Shown here: positions 54,435-64,000 of the stretch, piece after piece
Position numbering within the stretch: position 1 is the first letter of the stretch
Layout: every line of letters starts with the position of its first letter
NCBI RefSeq assembly: GCF_006345805.1
Contig: NC_043000.1
Location: 48,608,001-48,672,000 of the forward strand
Direction of reading: 5' to 3'
Length of the DNA: 64,000 nucleotides
Source of the DNA: Octopus sinensis
Taxonomy: Eukaryota
Translations under genes and position numbers: made by a program
The notes under the pieces: generated by a model
Seen by the model: the letters and a program-made list of their open reading frames with translations, nothing else
What the model was told of the DNA's origin: nothing
Databases searched by the model: none

Positions 54435-55398
54435 TTATCTCCCCAATATGTCCACTTTAATAGCTAAAATTAATAATAACAACATTAACTAGCCAGGAAA
54501 GATAGAAATAAAAATAATAATATCAGAATGAATACCAATAGCAATAACAATAATACTACCAACAATAAAAACAGCAATAGGAACTATCAAAACATAGGTG
54601 AAATTAGTAACCACAGAATGACTAATAACATTAACATTAATAGTAATAATAACAATGCCGATATTAATAGAAGTAATATTGTGAATAATAGAAATAATAG
54701 AAATAAGGCTAATGGAGAAAATAAGGAGAATGAAAATATCAGTGATATCTATAACAATAATATACAGTTGGATAAAAAGACTAACAATAATAATAACATT
54801 ACGAATAATATAAGAAATCTTGGTAGGACTTTACACCTAAATGATGAAACGGAAGGATCAATAAATAATAACAATACTTAGATATCAGTACCAACTATAG
54901 AAATGATAATCAAAATAATAGGAACCTTAAACATCTACCCAGGAATAATCCAAGGCCTGAAGTTGTTCCTCCTGTGTGTAAGTGTAGAATAAAATCAAAA
55001 TGCCCGGCACCTGGTCTATGTAGGGAAAATAATGTAATCTATAAATGTACCATATCCACGGAGAATAACAAATATTTTTACATTGGCTGTACAATTAATT
55101 TTTTAGCCAGAGTTAGAAATCACATCTCGACTTTTAAATTACGTCATAAAGCTGGTACCACCACACTTTCAAACAAAATCTGGGAACTCAAAAATAATAC
55201 AAAAATTATACCCTTAATTGGGAAATAGTTAGGAGAGCAATTCCGTATAAAAATAGTAGGGTTGGTTGTCAACTATGCTCCATGGAGACGTACGAAATTC
55301 TAAAGCATAGTAAACATAGAAACTTATTGAATAACCATATCGAACTAGGTCAAGTTTGTGTCCACGCTAAATTGAAGACTTTAAAATATTTTAAATGA
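54435..55398 (+). pseudogene. PLE ORF C-terminus: Asn-rich linker plus Cys-rich GIY-YIG endonuclease, frameshifted
   Basis: PNMSTLIAKINN linker motif, then an Asn-rich stretch, then CKCRIKSKCPAPGLCRENNVIYKCTI...YFYIGCTINFLARVRNH...TTLSNKIWELK. After a frameshift near 55200: NYTLNWEIVRRAIPY...CQLCSMETYEI...LLNNHIELGQVCVH...FK* (TGA at 55396-55398). Confidence 0.88.
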
Positions 55399-55456
55399 TT
55401 GGAATATTCATAACTAGATAGATAGATATAACTTGATTTCTACTAGTATAGCACTG

Positions 55457-56930
55457 CTTTAAGTAGATAACTAAGAGTTCTCACATTACAGTTATCTTTA
55501 TCCTTTTCCTTATATCTACATCAGTTTTTTGAGAACAGGGAAATGAATAGTACTTATTCGCTACTTAATTGAGGCTTTATTTAATTTCAAACTCGCAATT
55601 TTTAAATTCTTAATTTTAAATCTTAATTGTAATATTTAATTTTATTCCTAACTTAATCTAATTTAAATAGCATAACTCTAATAAATTATAATTAGTTACT
55701 GTAGCCCCATAATTCTATTTCATAATTAAATAAATAAGGCTATTCCCTCGGTGATAATATGATTATCTTCATTAGGATAGACAATCCCCTAACACCTTGT
55801 AAATGATCTTATAAGATTTGACCTGTAGTCGGTCAATGTATGAATAATAACGACAACTCCTTAAGACAATAAAATGAATAAATTAAATAAGGAAATTTTT
55901 AATGACTTTTTGATAAGATTATACTTAGATTTTCCTAATGTATTTTCTGGTGTTTTTAGCATCTGACCCCTTAACCCCTGACTGTGTTATCTCTTTAGAT
56001 TCTCTTTAAACTCATAGCTGATTTCAACAGCAATAAATTAACGGTTTACTGGTCAAAGAATAATATTCCCCCTCCAGTTCCTAGATGCCTGTTGATTAAA
56101 ACCAGACTTACAGTCTACTAGCTCTTCTGTATAACTAGAACCCTCTTTTTTCTTTTTCTTTTTTTCCCTTCTTTCCCTATTTCTTTCTCTTTTCTCTTTC
56201 TTCTTTTTCTTCTTCTTATTCTCTGTTTCCTTTTCTCTTCTCTTTTAGTCCCCCTTTCCCCCCCTTTTTTGCTCCCTCCTCCATTATTTTCTCTCTTTTC
56301 TTCTATTCCCTTCTCTATTCTTGGCCGATCTAGTAAGCCCTTCAACCTTTAAGAGTTAGATAGCTACAGCCTCTTGTGAATAGCAGTAGTGTGATTAATA
56401 TGGCAAACACCTAATCATATAACAAGGATTGGTACCTACCTCATTGTGTTCAACCATTGTAAAATTTATCGCCTGTGAATATGAAATTCATCTCCATTTC
56501 TCTGGAAATTTACATCTACACCATTGGAATCTGTGCATATATACAAAGGATTAATTCACCCTCTCTGTAATGCTAATAACAATGGATAAATTTGTCTTCT
56601 GTGAGTATATAATCCCTCATCATATCTATGGAAATTCATATGGATTAGGTCACCTTCTCTGTGATGCTATCAAAACTTTTTTAAAATTCTGTGATAAGAC
56701 TATACATCATCTTTAAGGAACTTTAATGAACTTTAGAAATCTGTTTAATTATCTACATTACTTCATGAGTATAGCCTCAAACACTAGGATGTCTAGAGAA
56801 CTTACATGTATTTTAGCTGATGAGTACGGGACTCGTTTATATGCTGTAATCTTTGCAACTTTTAATAAACCTGTCCTTGTATGAAACGATCGTACTAAAA
56901 ACCTATCCATTCTTGTTGCTTCTTTCTCGC
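55457..56930 (+). repeat. Right arm of 1.47-kb inverted repeat (3' tail of the element)
   Basis: Starts ctttaagtagataac and ends cttctttctcgc, directly before (TA)n. Confidence 0.95.
56811..56900 (+). ncRNA. Type I hammerhead ribozyme with extended stem II
   Basis: Stem I TTTTAG/CTAAAA; core CTGATGA at 56817-56823; stem II GTACG-GGAC/GTCC-t-TGTAT extended by GTTTAT/ATAAAC; GAAA at 56883-56886; palindromic stem III ACGATCGT; GUA cleavage after 56894. Confidence 0.88.
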
Positions 56931-56984
<54 letters not shown>

Positions 56985-57071
56985 TATATATATATTATAT
57001 ATATATATATTATATATATATATTTCAATATATAAACAGATATACATATATATGTATACGTATATTCATAC

Positions 57072-57126
<55 letters not shown>

Positions 57127-57482
57127 CAATATATAAACAGATATACATATATATGTATACGTATATTCATACATATATATATATATATACATCTGTATAC
57201 ATACATTAATGCATATTACCATACGATCCTCCGCTATGCTCGTTTTCTATATTAAATTCACATCCTACAGGCAAATATATGCTTGGGAAACTGTCTCTTG
57301 CCTATGTAAAGATTTGTATGGGTGCTTCTGCCGTATTCTACAATGCAGTACAAGTCAAGTGGTGGAATACTCTTTCAACATGTCTTGCTGCTTAATTAAC
57401 TCTCTTCGGTGTACAGGACTTCCATCTGCCATGAATCATACTGCTCGAAAAGAAATACACACAAATAAACTTATATATTTAC

Positions 57483-57901
57483 TCTTTTACTCTTTTACTT
57501 GTTTCAGTCATTTGACTGCGGCCATAATGGAGTACCGCCTTTAGTCGAGCAAATCGACCCCGGGACTTATTCTTTTGTAAGCCCAATACTTATTCTATCG
57601 GTCTCTTTTTGCCGAACCACTAAGTGACGGGGACGTAAACACACCAGCATCGGTTGTCAAGCAATGCTAAGGGGACAAACACAGACACACAAACACACAC
57701 ACATACATATATACACATATACATAAATACATATATATGACAGGCTTCTTTCAGTTTCCGTCTACCAAATCCACTCACAAGGCTTTGGTCGGCCCGGGGC
57801 TATAGCAGAAGACACTTGCCCAAGATGCCACGCAGTGGGACTGAACCCGGAACCATGTGGTTGGTTAGCAAGCTTCTTACCACATAGCCACTCCTGCGCC
57901 T
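57483..57901 (-). mobile_element. Full-length tRNA-derived SINE family B
   Basis: Minus strand aggcgcaggagtggctatgtggtaag...ggttcagtccc (A/B boxes), internal (TG)n, and an agtaaaag repeated tail. Confidence 0.9.
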
Positions 57902-58574
57902 ATATATATAAATCAATTGCATCTTCCCCTTTAGATCTGTATGAACTTCTCTTATTTTCGTATTTCTAATATTCCCACCCGTCTGTTGTCCAGTATGCAG
58001 AATATTTCTGTAAGAATGATTTTAACCTTTATGCATAATCTTTATTTTAAATTTTACTTTTATGTAAATTATTTCACTATTTTTTTCTATACGTATGATT
58101 GTGTGCGCGCGGGGCCACACTAAATGCATGCAAAACTCGTGTATATGCATTGTTTAGTGCGTGTGCGTTGAGTGTGTGCATGCATGAGACAACATGTAAG
58201 TTGGTAGCACATCTGAAACAGTTTGGGTTTACGTGTGAATTCACTTAATGTGTGCATGTGAGTTTATGAATATGTTTATGTGAATATGCATGTCTATCTG
58301 TGAACATGAAGCCAACTGCCTGTTGATATATATGGAGGCATGCATGTGAATAATACTATCGACAGAGACCTTGTTGTGGTTACTGATTTGCCAATGAGTA
58401 ATAAAAATACTCCCTACCTGAAAGTCAGCAATTTTCGATACTTCCTTCCTCTTTCCTAAGAGTCCCCTCCTCTTTCTCAATTTATCTTTTATACACTCTC
58501 TTACACTCTTTATTTCCACTCGATAGCATCCAATAATATGTATTTCTACTATCGGTACAAGGTTTGAAATTTGG

Positions 58575-58675
58575 CAAAGTCGACCTCCACAGAATTTGAA
58601 CTCAATACTTAGACAGACATAATGCCGCTAAGCATTTGCCGGCGTGCTAACGATTCTGCCAGCTCGCCGCCTTAG
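58575..58675 (-). mobile_element. SINE family A 5' fragment
   Basis: ggcaaagtcgacct...aatttgaactca...gcgtgctaacgattctgccagctcgccgcc. Confidence 0.8.
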
Positions 58676-59620
58676 CATTCCATAATATATTCAACAACTA
58701 TCACTCTGCTTTTTCTCTCGTGTTTTCTGGTTTGTATACTCACACTGAGTAAGCACATAAACCCTTTTCTTCGTTACCTTGAGAATACTTTTATTTCTAA
58801 AGTCGTAAATACGTCTCCAAATGGCGTTACAAGTGACCAATATATCATCAAAATTGCCAACACTGAAACTCCCATGTGGTCAGTTGATTTGTTAAATACT
58901 CTATTCATATCACCTTCAAATTACACCTTACCGTCTTAAATATGGATAGACAAATACAGTAGTCCTAGATACCTAGAGAAAGCCCAGTAAGTCTAAACTG
59001 TCTTAATGAAAGATTTTGTCGATCAGAGCTAATAGGGCTAAACGAAAGCAACAAAAACAAGTTCTTTCCCTGAAGACAACTAAGAATGGGTTTTACTGGG
59101 GTAAGAGAAAAGGATAAACCTTCTCTATAGAAACAGAGGTTTATAACTACTGTCTTTAAAGATGAACAAAATTTAAGGTGTGCCATGAATATCATATATA
59201 GCATAACAATTCCTTATCACTAATAAGTGTAAATGTGTTTTAAAGCAATTTATATCAGTAAATAGAAAGTAATTCTAATATGGAATATATGCAACACTGA
59301 TTTGGACGGCTAAATCGAATTCTGCTAACTACTGTGCATCTAACCTGTCTTCAGTTTTCGGATTTTAGCTCTACTATAGAATAAACACATTTACACAGCA
59401 ACGTAAGTATACAAAGGCACAAACTAAATTTTCATCCGGAAAGAATACAAACACAAATAACATAGAGCAGGTAAATGACAGAAAATATGCTGTTCAATAA
59501 AATACTGACAAGTATGTATAAGCGTATAAAACGTCCAAAATTATTACGATAACAGAATGGACAATCACGAAGCAAAAAGTTGAAATTTGACAAATATTTT
59601 GAAACATAAGAACTATTGTA

Positions 59621-59858
59621 ATTGTTGTTGCTGGCATCCTTTTTGTCTCAGGAGACAATGGAGTTGCGCATAAAATAATCTAGTCAGGCTTTTACATTTC
59701 ATGTCCTAATACATCTCCTGCTGTGGCTGTGTAGTCTTATCCTGGACAAACACTCCCTCTGGCAGGTACCGCAAATGTAGCGAAGACTTTGCCTGGCTGG
59801 TTGTAATGTCATAGTTTCTTGTTGACGTCTTTTCTTTTCTTTCCATTTCTCCCTTCTC

Positions 59859-59892
<34 letters not shown>

Positions 59893-60087
59893 ACTCATTT
59901 GTGTTCCCTCTTTTACGGTACGTCGCCAATCTCCATGGTCGCTGGAAACTGCTTCCCAACTACTAATATTGATGCCGCAGGCCTTCATGTCCCTTTTGCA
60001 AACATCCTTGTATCGTAAGATCTGTCTTCCCACAGACCTAGTGCTCCTAGCAAGCTCTCCGTTGTATGTGTTACCATTGTAATACAT
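59621..60087 (-). mobile_element. RTE/BovB-type LINE 3' fragment
   Basis: NGELARSTRSVGRQILRYKDVCKRDMKACGINISSWEAVSSDHGDWRRTVKEG is the typical RTE C-terminus; the 3' UTR ends in (AAC)n. Confidence 0.85.
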
Positions 60088-61028
60088 TCACTTGTATTAG
60101 TACTATAAAAAAAATAATAAAAGTGAAAGAACGCTTTATGTGTAACTCTAACAAATGAGGAACTTTGGAATTAAGAATGTCAAAAATGGTCGATATACCA
60201 TCACGTAACAGATGGTTTGAAGATGTTCTTGACTGCAGAAAGAACTAAAATGATGACACCCGTCAATAGATTTGCAGCTGACTCATTTAATAAGCAGTCT
60301 ACCAATATTTATATAGAATTTATGAACTACGCTCGTATATATCTAAAAATCACATAATCAAACAAGAATTAGTTGTCGTCACCATCGCACCAAATGGTTA
60401 TCAAATAGCCGGTACGCGATAATGTAAACTTCAGAAGCTGTCATATGATTGCAATGAAATTTTGTAAAATATTAATTGAAATTTAAAATGAATCACCATA
60501 TGAGAAAAGTATATTAATATAATATGGTCGTTAATTTCTAAAACTGTTAGACAGTTCTTAGAAACTCGAAGTCTATATAATATGAATCATTAAAATAACA
60601 TGATACTAGACTTAATTTGAAGAAAGCTGTTCTTTTGAGACAGTTTTCTTGACAAATACAATTACGTTTCTCCATACAATGATTGTGGGTTAATGCATCT
60701 TCCCTTTCAGTGATTGACCTGTAACTATATACAGCAAAAGATCAGCAGGTTGAATGTTTTGCAGCATTATCAGAAATTGTAGAGACTACATTAAATGTTA
60801 TTTAACAGTGGAAAGTGACAAATTCTGGTATTACAGGATACTTCTTGGACGACCAATACGCATACTTATGGATTGACAGTAATGCAGTTTGCATATAAAT
60901 ATTAATCTTATAATAATTTGGGTACAAGCAGTACAAAAATATGTGCGCGTATGTCTGTACGTGTGTTTGTGTGTGTATGTATCTATATAAGTATACATGC
61001 ATGTACACATACGTACCTACATACATAC

Positions 61029-61060
<32 letters not shown>

Positions 61061-61419
61061 ATGTATATGTGTATGTATATATATGCACATATGTGACATA
61101 TAACTATACTTATATAAATATGTATGTATGTACCTTGTCATTTCTTGTCTAATCTTTTGAGTGACAATTACTATGCTGCAACTTTAATCTTTAAAAAAAA
61201 ATCTAATAGAAAATGACAACTGCATTATTTATAAAATCCAGATGAAATTGTGAGTCACTTAAATAGAAGTTGAATAAATCTACTCATGTATATGCCTGAT
61301 AATTACTTTTCGCTTCCTGGTTTATTTAACACGTCATCTCCACACAAATTGGATTGAACTTAAAGCGTAAATTATGTAACTTAGTATCGGTTTCAAATTA
61401 TGGCACAAAGCCAGCAATA

Positions 61420-61590
61420 TCCGAAGAGAGAGAGTAAGTAAATTACACTGACGTCAATGCAGAACTGGTATTTATTTTATCGACATTGAAAACCTGAAGG
61501 GCAATGTCGGCCTCAACGGAATTTGAACTCAGAACGTTCAGAGGTTCGAAATGCCGCCGTACTAGCAATTCTCCCGGCTCGCCGCCTTAA
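61420..61590 (-). mobile_element. Diverged SINE family A
   Basis: aactggtatttattttatcgac...ggcaatgtcggcctcaacggaatttgaactcagaacg...ctcgccgcc. Confidence 0.7.
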
Positions 61591-62392
61591 TGTAACTAAA
61601 TAATGCAAGTAATTCAGTTTGGTGTTCTCTTTTTGTCATCCCCTACTCAGATTCATTAAAGTAAAAACATTATTGTTATGTCAATACATTTTCAGGACAA
61701 CATATCAAAATATAACTTTCGAATAATAAACTAAAAGTCGGTAGAATAAAACTAAATATATAAGAAAAATACGTTACATCGGAAACATTAATCGAATGTA
61801 CATTTTAACATGAGAATATATTATGGCACAACTGAGAATTGGGAAATATTTAAGAAGAGAATTATTAGCACCGAACATCATTTTTCACACAGAGAAGACG
61901 ACGTGATGAATATTATTGCATAATATGACAGTAAAGAAGATAATAAATCAATGAATTAATTCTATTCCTGCAGGATATTCTGTTAGATTTTCAACATATA
62001 AACGTTAATAATAACGCTAGTACCCAGAATGGGTATACATATTGCATATTTGATCACTCTATTAAAGTTCTATATACATAAGACTTTAATATATTTTTTT
62101 AGTTGGAATCTTCACATTTACAAAGAAAAGCTATTTAATGTCAATATGAATGCATTTAAAGTAAGGGCGCAGAAGAAGAAGCAGTGTTTGCTATTCACTA
62201 ATAAGTCCTAAAATGCGAGAAATATCTGTATGTATTATAATGTGCGTGATAAATATCACATTTGACAACTACTTCTGAAGCTTTACAAGATTATTCCTAC
62301 TGCACATAGATACATGATACTTTTCTCTGTTACAAAAAGTATACTCCCGGGCATAATGACGCTTAAAATACACATGCACACTGACACTTAAT

Positions 62393-62431
<39 letters not shown>

Positions 62432-64000
62432 TACGTGCATTACTTAGATATATTCTCTGTAATATAACGTCGTAAATTAAACACAAAACCGTATATTATG
62501 TTAAAGGATCTTTATTTCTTTAGCATTCACAATTCGAAAAGCCTTTAGAACTTATATTAATACTAAAATGATGAACAGCAAACCTTACACAAATTTATAT
62601 GACAAAAATAACACTAGAACCCGAGACTTTTAATATTAAATACAGCAAAGTGCAGTTTGTGGTATAACACTGTGTGAATAAAATATGATGTGCTGCAAAT
62701 ACAAAATGTGCTACAAATAAAAATAAATCAAGTACCGAGAAACATCTCAAAACGGAATATTGGATGTACATTGATTCAAAATGATTGATAACATTACAAG
62801 GACAACAGTAGTTGTAAGGTTTGTCAGCATCGGTTGATTATTCTTTCTTTGCATTTCTTAACCTTCATCATTTTATATGCATGGCATTTGTCCCACTTCT
62901 GATGTAACGAAACGCTGCACACCTAACACAAATCGTCTCAGTGCAAATGCAACCGATATTTGCATAAACACATGTACTTACTCCGGAAAGACAATTCAAT
63001 CTTTAATCTTATATACAACATTTATTTTCACCAATATCTACCGGATATATTAAATTAAAACGAAAAGAAATACATATCAAATGAAATGCATTGAAGACGA
63101 CCTAGTTTTTAATAAGATTAAAAGTTACAGCACAGTGAAATGTAATTGTCAGTCAGAAGATTAACATCCACTGCATACCAAAGAAATTCAATAGCTGGTA
63201 GGAATTTATTTGTTTAATGGAGCGAAATAAATGCATAGTAATATTGGAAAACTTTAGAGTAATAATATTGGAATTTAAATCAGACATCTGATTTAAAAAT
63301 CAAAATCGTTATTCGAAATCGTACAAATATAATTTTAACACTATATGAATTTTGTGATATGATTTTAATTAAATCGAATAGTTTATCTTTTCAGTTAAAA
63401 ATTGCTTTTTCTGTGTACCGAAAACAAATTATTTAATAATTAACGAATAGATTACAAGATTTCTTGCCGAAAAAATCTTGTGTCTCTCTTTGGTTACTTA
63501 GTTACATATTTGCATTAATATTGTTGATCTATGAACACAGATGTAATATTATCTCAACTTATGGGATTTCTTAAATATCTCACATATCAAAACGCAGCTG
63601 TTACTATATATTCAGTTTAGAAAAATGATTATCTTTAACTTTCAGCTAATGCGTTCTGTCATCTCATCCTCATTTACATATGAAACGTACAAATCCGAAA
63701 ACAGACGGGTAGCCGTTGTACAACTAGAGTAAGGAGGAGAAATAAAATAGCAGACTGAGATGTAAGTTATTGATATAATCTTAGAGATTTTTAGTTGACT
63801 GAAACTTTTATAGCAAAACATTCTAGAATAAATTTACATATGATGTTTTTAATCGTAAAAGTATATATATATATGTCCGCACATCAGAACATGCAAATGT
63901 AATTGGAACTAAATATTTGAACAGTCATGCTATCTGAAAACACTTAAGTTGTTTGAAAATTCGTAACGATTTTTCATTTGTACTAATAATTCTTTGTAAG

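Larger units (their letters stand above)
52960..56930 (+). mobile_element. Penelope-like element: inverted tail, Asn-rich linker/GIY-YIG remnant, tail (RT absent)
   Basis: Arms at 52960-54434 and 55457-56930 are reverse complements. The 1022-bp spacer encodes a PLE C-terminus, each arm carries a hammerhead, and (TA)n lies on both sides (the left one ~120 bp away). Confidence 0.85.

Noticed and set aside
57022-57185. ~101-bp tandem duplication inside the TA tract right of the palindrome
   Set aside because: Consistent with ordinary microsatellite slippage or unequal exchange.

Overview
AT-rich animal genomic DNA, very likely octopus or another cephalopod (inferred from the repeat families and the extreme (TA)n/(TAA)n load). 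It looks like non-coding or intronic sequence. No protein-coding gene is confidently recognisable; almost every ORF in the track is a microsatellite translation or a decayed retrotransposon. The window holds tRNA-derived SINEs (two with clear TSDs), CR1/L2-, RTE- and R4/Dong-type LINE remnants, two non-autonomous Helitrons and several Penelope-like (PLE) pieces. The standout structure is a ~4-kb palindrome (52960-56930). Its two near-identical 1.47-kb inverted arms each carry a complete hammerhead ribozyme, and they flank a 1-kb spacer encoding a frameshifted Asn-rich linker plus GIY-YIG endonuclease with no RT. A miniature analogue sits at 4789-5266: a tRNA-like Pol III head fused to a hammerhead-bearing tail, with an inverted copy of the tail upstream. 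This suggests a ribozyme-carrying SINE mobilised by PLEs. All folds and alignments were done by eye.
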